Source of the DNA: a virus
IMG/VR virus record: IMGVR_UViG_3300045988_129166
Length of the DNA: 64,000 nt
Reading direction: 5' to 3' (one strand)
A program made the position numbers and the translations under genes. The notes under the pieces are model-generated. The model was not told the origin of the DNA, ran no database searches, and saw only the letters and a list, made by a program, of their open reading frames with translations. How positions within the stretch are numbered: position 1 is the first letter of the stretch; each line of letters starts with the position of its first letter. Below, piece by piece: positions 56,314 through 64,000 of the stretch.

Positions 56314-59300
56314 AAATTTTTTGCAAAAAATCGTTCAACTTACTAAACTTGTCATTCATGTTAGGCATGATATTTATTCCTCTCATATACGGATCTCTCA
56401 TCTGATCAAGACGCTCTTGAACAGCCTCCTTCACGTATTTTACAAAGAAGTACTGAGGACACTTCTGGTGAATGTTATTCCAGTAATCCGCATACTCATC
56501 ATTACCCGGATCCAAAGGAACAAAATCCGAGAACAACAATGCAGGATTTTTAGAATTTTTAGTCCTTTTATCATAGAAATTGACCGCTACCTCTCTCGAA
56601 CCCCTGTCATCCATTCCTTCCAACTGAACTGATATGTTGTCAGACATATCAATGAAATTATCAACAAGGGTTTTAACAACATTCATTTCCTCAGGCTTAA
56701 GATAAGAACCATGCACCTTTACTATATCATAAAGATCATTCTTAACATCAGCCTTAGAAGCCAAACGGGGAAGACCATTACGTATGAGATACTTATCATA
56801 AGAATAGCCTTCCTTCTTTCCGGTATCTACAAAATCACAGGTTCCAAAACTTGATTTGTAACCATCCACCGGATAATTGCGCTCCTCAACCGAAGGATCT
56901 ATACCTGCCTTAAGAAGCTCATCATTTGTGATCTCTACCCTTTCTGTAACATAAGAATTTTTACCGGAACCTACTTGAGCAGTCAAGAATCTTCTAACAG
57001 TGCCATTATCTATCTCGGCATCCATATTAATGGCATTAATAGCAGTAGGATCCAGATTATTTACCTTTCCTGCCATGTAACCAGACAATCTTCTAAACTG
57101 AGCCTTCTGCAAAGACTTTTCCGGTGAATCGGCATTCCAATTGTATCTTTTGTAAGAATCAAGGTAATGATACTGAGATAACTTATCAGAAATCTGATCG
57201 GGAGATACAGACATTTTTATCTCATCCTGCATCTGACCTGCTATCATATCAGACACCCTACTGTTTTTCTCAGCATATCTTAACTGAGTAATAGTCAAAG
57301 GCTCCCCTTCCTGATAATCTTTTAGATCTATATCACCATCCTTATCTATAGTCATATAATCGGATATATTAAAATCGGGATCACCATTGAGTTTCTTCAT
57401 TCCATTAATAAGAGCCAACGTGCCAGTAGAAGAACCATTATCCTCGCCTGTAATAGCATCAGATATGTTTTTCCCCAACTTACCGGCACTCGCCTTAGCT
57501 CCTAATGACGGAGATATAGCACTAAGAATATCTATTCCTCTTGAAGGATCCATCATGTACTCTCTAAACCCTACGGCATCAGATACGCCAGTTGTTATGG
57601 CCGTGGCGAGTAGGAAAGCTCCAGCCTTATCATCTGTATCGGTAAGATTTATAAAAGAATTTCCTTTCATAAACTTAGCATTACGAACCTTCCTGATAAT
57701 ATCCTTATTTTTTTCAGTAACTATATTATCGATTTGATAATTAGTTATGTTATTTATAGCCTTTGTGGCTCCATTTGCCTTAGAATCAGAAAGAAGTAAA
57801 GCATCATAAGCTTCAGACAATCTGTTATTTCCTTGTCCGAAATATCCGTTTTTCTGACCTCCATTGTTTTTCAAATAAGAATATATCCGCTCTTCAGGAG
57901 TCATATTAGCATACAATCCTGGATCAGTTTTTTCTTCTTCGTATGATGCTGCAACGATATTGCTTCTATCTGTAGGAGATAACGAGTTATATAATTTCAA
58001 TAAATTGGCTTTACGATCTATAGAATGAGATTTAAGTAACTCGTAAGGAATATTGGCCAAATTAACAGATCCTGTCTTACCTGTGCCAGAGTTAATGGCC
58101 GTAGGCCCGTCCATAGGAGCCATCGGCACTCTCATGCCGCCTGCGGATGAGCTTTCAGTTCCCATCTTGGAGCCGTAAGTGCGCATGTACTCGGTTTCAA
58201 TCTTAGCCTGAGCAAGTTTCTCTTTTGCCAATGATATTTCAACCATAGACTTAGCATTGTCAGTCAAAAACTTTTGCTGAGCCCTATCCTCTTCTAACCT
58301 CGCAAAATAAAGATCATCTTTCTTCCTTTCAAAACTTGTATTGTCGTATCTCCATGCATCAGTCATCTTATCGAAAAGATTATTGGTAACAACAAAATTA
58401 GCAGCCGCTACCGGATCAGACGAAGCTATTATCATATCTGCCTCCCTCTTGGCTTCTGCTTTCTGATTTTTAGCTTCCTGTATCTGACTGTCAATACGAT
58501 CAATAATACTCTTATTATCACCTACTGATTTCTTTTTCGCTTCCAATGCTCCTATGTGTCTATCGTATCTTTCGACATAAGACCCAATGTATTGACTAAC
58601 CAAATCCGGATTACTGAACACCGGATTGGTGGCTGCCATGTACGATGCTTCTATTCTCATCTGATTCCTCATGTTTTCAGATAAGTTAGCAGACACAAAA
58701 TTCCTTATCTGGGAATCTGTAAGTTCATCTACATTAACTTCTATAATACCACCAGTAGGATTACCTTTAACATCATATTCTGTTGTCTGAATCTTCTTGC
58801 CTTCGTTATTTTTCCTAAAGTCACTAACCAGCTTATTTATCTCCTTAGTGTAATCTACATAAGGAGAATAATGAAGACCCCCTAACCTTGATCCTGCTTT
58901 ACCATCTGACCTCCATTTGTAATAAGGATCCAAAGCATGCCATTCATTAATAGGAGAATAAAGTTCAGGATGATTCTGTTTTATAGATTCTATTTCCTTC
59001 ATGACCCTCTTGCCTTCTTTTGTGCCGGCAATCGCGTTAATGACCGTATCATCCAACACCGAACTAATCTCTCCTTGTATGGCTCTCGTAACACCATCAG
59101 AAGAAAGATCCACGCCTTTAAATTTTTGATTGATGTTAGCAATCACACCTGACATCTTATCTTCCATATAAGCACGGGCTTCAGGCTTATCTATCTCTTG
59201 ACCCATAAGATAATCTACCTGGGTATAGATCTTTTCACGAGCAGCATCAACCTTCTGCTGTTTGTACATCATGACATCCTTAACAAGATCTATGTTGTAA

Positions 59301-59350
59301 GGACTAACATACGGGGCATATTGCCTTAAAATACTATATTGTGAAGCCAT
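56306..59350 (-). CDS. Giant virion-associated protein (1014 aa)
   Basis: Long ORF translationally coupled to its neighbours. Confidence 0.9.
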   Translation of the reverse strand: MASQYSILRQYAPYVSPYNIDLVKDVMMYKQQKVDAAREKIYTQVDYLMGQEIDKPEARAYMEDKMSGVIANINQKFKGVDLSSDGVTRAIQGEISSVLDDTVINAIAGTKEGKRVMKEIESIKQNHPELYSPINEWHALDPYYKWRSDGKAGSRLGGLHYSPYVDYTKEINKLVSDFRKNNEGKKIQTTEYDVKGNPTGGIIEVNVDELTDSQIRNFVSANLSENMRNQMRIEASYMAATNPVFSNPDLVSQYIGSYVERYDRHIGALEAKKKSVGDNKSIIDRIDSQIQEAKNQKAEAKREADMIIASSDPVAAANFVVTNNLFDKMTDAWRYDNTSFERKKDDLYFARLEEDRAQQKFLTDNAKSMVEISLAKEKLAQAKIETEYMRTYGSKMGTESSSAGGMRVPMAPMDGPTAINSGTGKTGSVNLANIPYELLKSHSIDRKANLLKLYNSLSPTDRSNIVAASYEEEKTDPGLYANMTPEERIYSYLKNNGGQKNGYFGQGNNRLSEAYDALLLSDSKANGATKAINNITNYQIDNIVTEKNKDIIRKVRNAKFMKGNSFINLTDTDDKAGAFLLATAITTGVSDAVGFREYMMDPSRGIDILSAISPSLGAKASAGKLGKNISDAITGEDNGSSTGTLALINGMKKLNGDPDFNISDYMTIDKDGDIDLKDYQEGEPLTITQLRYAEKNSRVSDMIAGQMQDEIKMSVSPDQISDKLSQYHYLDSYKRYNWNADSPEKSLQKAQFRRLSGYMAGKVNNLDPTAINAINMDAEIDNGTVRRFLTAQVGSGKNSYVTERVEITNDELLKAGIDPSVEERNYPVDGYKSSFGTCDFVDTGKKEGYSYDKYLIRNGLPRLASKADVKNDLYDIVKVHGSYLKPEEMNVVKTLVDNFIDMSDNISVQLEGMDDRGSREVAVNFYDKRTKNSKNPALLFSDFVPLDPGNDEYADYWNNIHQKCPQYFFVKYVKEAVQERLDQMRDPYMRGINIMPNMNDKFSKLNDFLQKIYG

Positions 59351-62208
59351 CAGCTATTTCTCCTTCTCTTTTTATATTTATCTTCTTCATCATCCTCCAA
59401 GCTCTTCAAATAAGGTGTAGAATAATCACCCATATTCATCACATCCTGATTACCTTGAACGTAAATAATTTGACCACTTGGAAGCATTCTCATATTTGGA
59501 GCTATAGAGGCTATGGTATTCAACGATGTACGAACATTGAACTTATTCTGTATCTCGCTGTTTATGCTGTCATAATAACGAGCAAGATTTTCATCCCTTA
59601 TAGCCATAGCTTTCAACAACCCAGATTCATAACGTTGCCTTTCTGCTATGTTCTTATCATCTGTCTGAACATAAGCCATTTCATTGAACCTGTCAGCTTC
59701 GTTTATTTGCCTTGCGTTACTGAAATTTACTTCATTAACGTACTTAGCTATATTGCTTCCAGCTATGGCGTTCATATTAGCCAGAATAGCAGCTCGCTGG
59801 GAGTCGGGCACGTCACCTACTGCGTCTAACTGAGCCGATGTCGCGCGGTTGAGCTCGTTGATATACTGATCAGCAGATTGGAGAACCGGGTCTATACGTG
59901 GTGCTTGATGCCTCTCTAGACCTTCTATTTCCAAGCCAGTGTCAAGGGTTCTCAGCATTTCCGGGAAGATAGGACCGAACGCCGCCGGTCTGCCCTGTCC
60001 TTTAGGTCCGTTGTCTTCAACCACCTCCTCTGTATCGGTGTCGGTTGCAGTCGCAGGCGTACTTGCTTTCGGTTTTACCTCTATCCTTCCAGGAGATCCA
60101 ATCTTAGGCGGTGTAAGGTCTGGTGCTATGGGACCGGCCTCAATAGGCTTCATTTCTGGTTTAACAGACTCAAGAACGAAGTCCATTTCCGGCATTAACC
60201 CGCTATCTTTTAAAGCAACAAACTTATTATAATCGGAGCCCAGAATCTTCTTAGCGGCATCAGATTTATCACCAAATAAGTCAACATAATTCTTAATTCC
60301 TTTTTCGTTTAACAATCTTTTTTGCTCTGCCGAAACAACGTCCAATCCATAATAAGAACGGGTGGCTGTTGTCTGACCAAACTTATCATCTACGGCAAAT
60401 GAATTATAAGCCTGATTACCTCCGTAGCTTCCGGCATCCTGGCCCCAGAATCCGTACTCATCTCTGAATTTCTTGGCTGCATCAGCATTCGTGATAGCAC
60501 CTACATCAGCTAACGCCCACAATGCATTTAATTGCCTGTTGTATCCTTTCTGGAAACCTTCTGTATCAAAATCACCATCCGTATTGTACTTGTTAGCCCA
60601 TCGGTTTACGTCGAGCAAATTAGATACCGCCTTATTATTTACCCTGCCGTATCCTAAATTACTTCTATGTTGTAGATTCTGATTGGCATTTACACTGGAA
60701 TCAGGATTAAGAATCTGCTCACGACCGCTAACATCAGATACAGTCATATTAAGAGTTCGTCCAAATAACTGATTGATAAGATTACTGTAGCCGATAGCAT
60801 TCTTTCTAAGTTCCTCCAGCTCCTTCTGAGTAGGTCCACCTTCAGCCATTTTTCTGGTTTGCTTAACATACTCGTCATATATCCAGTTCTTGGCATCTGA
60901 TTCTGCAATATTAAAAGCCTTGGCTTGTTTCTTTACCTGATTCAGATCAACAACCCCGCCATCCCTGAAGAAAGCATCCATCTTCTCGTTACGCTTAGAT
61001 TCTTCCTGTTTGCCATAAACGATTTCGGCAAAAGAACGGAATTGTGTTTCGAGATCGTCTATCTCCTTCTGATTTTCATTAACGTACTTAGAAAGAATAG
61101 ATGCATTGAGATTGGATGTGTTTTTATCTTTTACATCTTCATTTTTCTCTAATCTCTTATATACACGCTCCTGATCTTCGTACTTGTCAGCCAAACCGAT
61201 CTTCTTCTTATATCGATCAAGGAGTGTAGCATATGTGTCTTTAGACGTTGCCTTAATACCATAATTTTCTCTAATATAAGAAGCAAAATCATCATCGATA
61301 GTACGGTAATCTGAAATAATATGAGCTTCAGGCAAATCAACGGGAGTGCCACCATCTTCATGTCTGTTCCCTTTGGCTTCCATAGGTCCTACGGAGTCAG
61401 GAGTCAGCACATACTCGCCTTTCTCTATCTCTACGTTAGCATTATCCTCCATAGATTTAGGAAGAGGATAAATGTATTCTCCAGTCATATCGGACGTATC
61501 CATCTTCTGACCGTTACCTAAATTCACGCCACCACCTTCACGTTCCCACTTGATGAATTGCTGACGACGCTCCTTGGCAAGTTTTTCCCTTGCAGCCTGC
61601 TCGTCTCTGCTGGCTGCATACGCAGCAGATGAAGCTCCCATGATATTACGAGTAAGACCTAATCCTAAACTAACACCGGACAAGGCAGCTTGAGCCACAT
61701 TAGCACCGACCTTATTACCGGCTCTTATCCGACCAAGACTTGTACCGAACATTTGAGCTCTGCCGGTTAGATCAGGCGAATAATATGGCATAGTCATAGG
61801 ATCAAGAGGATTACCATCTTGGGAACGTTTTTCTTTATAGGAATCAGCATCAACACTACCTACATTCATTGCATTATTAACGACTGATTTCTCTACGTTT
61901 TTAACCATGCCCCTATTATCAGCGAGATATCCTGCATATCCTGCATCATGATTCTCAAAAAACGGATCGGATGTAGGCATACTACTAAATGGATTTATCT
62001 CCCCCTCCTCTGTTTCTAAAGTCACATCAGAAGGCATATATATATTCTGAATATCAGATTCACCCCATTTATTAACAGGCGTTCCATAATCAAGAATAGG
62101 CTGAGTAGAGGATACATTAATATCCTGTCTCTTATCCTGAACACTACCGCCAGGAGCGAATATCGGACGATTTTTTATGATTCGTAATCTCATACTATCT
62201 TTTTTCAC
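59350..62208 (-). CDS. Giant virion-associated protein (952 aa) with Gly/Ala-rich hydrophobic segment
   Basis: Long ORF; AGNKVGANVAQAALSGVSLGLGLT segment. Confidence 0.9.
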   Translation of the reverse strand: MKKDSMRLRIIKNRPIFAPGGSVQDKRQDINVSSTQPILDYGTPVNKWGESDIQNIYMPSDVTLETEEGEINPFSSMPTSDPFFENHDAGYAGYLADNRGMVKNVEKSVVNNAMNVGSVDADSYKEKRSQDGNPLDPMTMPYYSPDLTGRAQMFGTSLGRIRAGNKVGANVAQAALSGVSLGLGLTRNIMGASSAAYAASRDEQAAREKLAKERRQQFIKWEREGGGVNLGNGQKMDTSDMTGEYIYPLPKSMEDNANVEIEKGEYVLTPDSVGPMEAKGNRHEDGGTPVDLPEAHIISDYRTIDDDFASYIRENYGIKATSKDTYATLLDRYKKKIGLADKYEDQERVYKRLEKNEDVKDKNTSNLNASILSKYVNENQKEIDDLETQFRSFAEIVYGKQEESKRNEKMDAFFRDGGVVDLNQVKKQAKAFNIAESDAKNWIYDEYVKQTRKMAEGGPTQKELEELRKNAIGYSNLINQLFGRTLNMTVSDVSGREQILNPDSSVNANQNLQHRSNLGYGRVNNKAVSNLLDVNRWANKYNTDGDFDTEGFQKGYNRQLNALWALADVGAITNADAAKKFRDEYGFWGQDAGSYGGNQAYNSFAVDDKFGQTTATRSYYGLDVVSAEQKRLLNEKGIKNYVDLFGDKSDAAKKILGSDYNKFVALKDSGLMPEMDFVLESVKPEMKPIEAGPIAPDLTPPKIGSPGRIEVKPKASTPATATDTDTEEVVEDNGPKGQGRPAAFGPIFPEMLRTLDTGLEIEGLERHQAPRIDPVLQSADQYINELNRATSAQLDAVGDVPDSQRAAILANMNAIAGSNIAKYVNEVNFSNARQINEADRFNEMAYVQTDDKNIAERQRYESGLLKAMAIRDENLARYYDSINSEIQNKFNVRTSLNTIASIAPNMRMLPSGQIIYVQGNQDVMNMGDYSTPYLKSLEDDEEDKYKKRRRNS

Positions 62209-62261
62209 AAAGATAAGAGAAACGAACGAGAAAATCCAACGTTATGGGATACGTTTAAAAA

Positions 62262-63281
62262 TCAATCATGTACGGCAGACAAACCGCCCGAATCAGGGTC
62301 GTACTTAAGACCGCATGCCCGGCGATAGTTCTTAAGCGCTCTCTTGTACAAAAACAGCACTGTCTTGGAAACTATTTTCTTCATAGATTTGGTTAAAACC
62401 TCTTCTGTTGAAACAGACATCAGACAGCTATTCAAAAACGACCTGACATTGGAACCGAACAAGATCTTCACCATTTTTCTAAACGTTCTAAAAAGATATG
62501 ATGCAGAAAGAGACTTTAACCCATTGCGAACCAGTCTCTTATTCAAATACGAAACAGCCTTTTCAGATAGACAGAGCCTATTCTTTCCTTCGCTATCTAC
62601 CTCTGATGAAAACCACGAATATAAAGTGGTAGGATGTTTCTTAAGGTGATTAATGAAGGAAGTCATTATCCCTTCTTTTAAGGCCCTTTTGTGGGCTACG
62701 CATGCAGCAATCTTCTCTTCTCTTTTTAAAGAGCTGTCAAGGCATCTAAACACCGTCCTATCGTCTCCGATGAAATACTGAGGACGTTCTTCCTTGAACT
62801 TAGCCCGATAAGCGGCATATCCTTCCTTACGAAGCATATCTATCTGAGACCGGATATAGAACCTTACACACTTTTCTTCAGCCTCTTGCACGCTTTTAAG
62901 ATAAGGAACTGACTTTCTCCCATATCGAAGATAATCATAAACCATAGCCTCAATAAAGTCATTGTACGGAAAGAATCTTCCAAATCCAAAGTTCCAAACT
63001 ATGAAACATCGCACTCTATCTTTCCAGTAATCAGATATGAGAAAATTACTACAATATCTCAACTTCCTGTTTTTCTGATAGAAATGATGAGTATGTTTGT
63101 CATAAAATAGATTAAAATATTTCAAATTGCCTAAACACTGACCGGCTGGACGGCGTACTACATTGTACCCTAAGTTGCTGAAGCTATTGTATATAACTTC
63201 TATCGGAGAGACCTGCTCTTTCTTGAAGAGCTTGTCGTGTAACTTGTGAGGATTCATTATTTCAATTATTTTTGTCTCCAT
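62262..63281 (-). CDS. Hypothetical basic protein (339 aa), first gene of the minus-strand late operon
   Basis: ORF adjacent to the structured non-coding region; contains KHTHHFY and GYAAYRAKFK motifs (very weak resemblance to HUH/YxxK). Confidence 0.8.
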   Translation of the reverse strand: METKIIEIMNPHKLHDKLFKKEQVSPIEVIYNSFSNLGYNVVRRPAGQCLGNLKYFNLFYDKHTHHFYQKNRKLRYCSNFLISDYWKDRVRCFIVWNFGFGRFFPYNDFIEAMVYDYLRYGRKSVPYLKSVQEAEEKCVRFYIRSQIDMLRKEGYAAYRAKFKEERPQYFIGDDRTVFRCLDSSLKREEKIAACVAHKRALKEGIMTSFINHLKKHPTTLYSWFSSEVDSEGKNRLCLSEKAVSYLNKRLVRNGLKSLSASYLFRTFRKMVKILFGSNVRSFLNSCLMSVSTEEVLTKSMKKIVSKTVLFLYKRALKNYRRACGLKYDPDSGGLSAVHD

Positions 63282-63301
63282 ATTGTTTTTGTTTTTTAGT
63301 G

Positions 63302-63309
63302 CAAATATA
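63302..63309 (-). promoter_or_regulatory. Possible -7 element TATATTTG (minus sense) about 21 nt upstream of the late-operon ATG
   Basis: Pattern match to the Bacteroidetes TAnnTTTG consensus; no clean -33 TTTG. Confidence 0.2.
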
Positions 63310-63340
63310 TGATTTTATATAAAAAGAAGAAAATGCACTG

Positions 63341-63382
63341 CCTTGTATCCGGTTTGAGAGAAATAGGATACAAGGTTTTTTA
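63341..63382. terminator. Strong hairpin (10-bp perfect stem, 16-nt loop) flanked by T-run (plus sense) and A/T-rich tract: bidirectional terminator/insulator
   Basis: CCTTGTATCC/GGATACAAGG followed by TTTTTTATTTT. Confidence 0.55.
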
Positions 63383-63598
63383 TTTTATGACGGTTTGGAT
63401 AAGAGACAGGAAAACGACTCTGAACGTAACCGACTGACCGTCAGTGGTGGGACAACAAATCTTGAATTAAAACTACGCCTATGAATAGTCTCCGTTTTCC
63501 TTAATATTAAGACCATTTTCAATGATCTTACTCATTATATTATTTATATTATTTTATATACTTTACCATTTATTCATATAATTGTTTACAGTGAATGA

Positions 63599-63774
63599 AC
63601 TTAACGACCGAAGGGAGTTAAGTGAGTGAACAGATTAACAAATTACTTTTTCCGTCTATTGTATTGTTTGCCTAATTGTGTTAAAGGATTGAGTATCGTG
63701 ACCGAAGGGAACGATGCGAAAGAACATATAACATTTAAAAAACGACTGAACCTATCGACTGAAAGGAGATAGGT
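63599..63774. repeat. Array of three stem-loops with conserved 11-nt loop GAC(C/T)GAA(G/A)GGA and covarying stems (63599..63623, 63695..63715, 63750..63774), plus CGACYGAA iterons from 63415
   Basis: Stems ACTTAAC/GTTAAGT, ATCGT/ACGAT, ACCTATC/GATAGGT all perfect; loops GACCGAAGGGA, GACCGAAGGGA, GACTGAAAGGA. Confidence 0.8.
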
Positions 63775-63837
63775 GATGGAGTGACGTTAATAGTTATATT
63801 AGGTAGCCAGTGGAGAATTAGGCAGGCTGGTAGGCGA

Positions 63838-63857
63838 GACGGGCTCCCATGCCCGTC
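63838..63857. promoter_or_regulatory. GC-rich hairpin GACGGGC-TCCCAT-GCCCGTC without U-tract
   Basis: Perfect 7-bp inverted repeat seen directly. Confidence 0.5.
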
Positions 63858-64000
63858 AGGACAGTGGAGGTACGTAGGTCTGTTCTGTTAAACCAAGGCG
63901 ATGATAGTTCCATCCTTCACGAAATCGCACAAAAAGCCGGATTATCTTGATATCGTTCTTCAACCTTCGGTATCCGCATAACGAGTCTCAAATCCGGCTT

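Noticed and set aside
1-64000. Search for a CRISPR array, reverse transcriptase (YxDD), integrase/recombinase, rRNA, capsid, portal or terminase signatures.
   Set aside because: None found by eye. GYVDDK in ORF 12448 lacks RT context. The absence of capsid and terminase genes probably means they lie outside the window.

Overview
This window looks like most of a low-GC, virulent-type tailed dsDNA phage genome (roughly 33-38% GC by eye). Genes are tightly packed and often overlap by ATGA-type stop/start junctions. The left half (1..31.3 kb) is a plus-strand early and replication module of about 60 mostly small genes. Recognisable members: a phage Dam-type N6-adenine methyltransferase; an SMC/Rad50-like minimal ABC ATPase; a DUF551-like protein; a C-terminally truncated TnpB (IS200/IS605 OrfB-like) protein; two RecB-family PD-(D/E)XK nucleases, one Cas4-like with a 1+3 Cys cluster; a zinc-ribbon primase-like protein; a DnaB-like helicase; an ACP-like protein / NfeD-like protein / flotillin (SPFH) operon; and an SF2 DEAH-type helicase whose motif I (APCG|SGKS) is split by a 344-aa LAGLIDADG intein. 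The right half (31.7..63.3 kb) is a minus-strand late module. It has four giant ORFs (2140, 2213, 1014 and 952 aa) plus 751-aa and 339-aa ORFs. It also carries a Bro-N protein, a small HTH protein, many small ORFs, and three paralogous small ORFs that share an identical 5' end (ATGA[G/A]A[A/C]GAAGATTT, M[R/K]RRF). No capsid, portal, terminase, integrase, RT, rRNA or CRISPR was recognised, and no clean tRNA. Notable non-coding structure: two hairpins (647 and 3768) with an identical 12-nt loop (GTCTGCGAAGAT) and covarying stems; a ~700-bp non-coding region at the right edge with three stem-loops sharing an 11-nt loop (GACYGAARGGA), flanked by CGACYGAA iterons, a palindrome and GC hairpins; a 22-bp tandem repeat at the left edge; and several rho-independent terminators. 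Many genes have strong AGGAGG Shine-Dalgarno sites, and one Bacteroidetes-like -33/-7 promoter match was also seen, so the host phylum is ambiguous from sequence alone. All functional calls are motif-based reading of the translated ORFs, without database searches.
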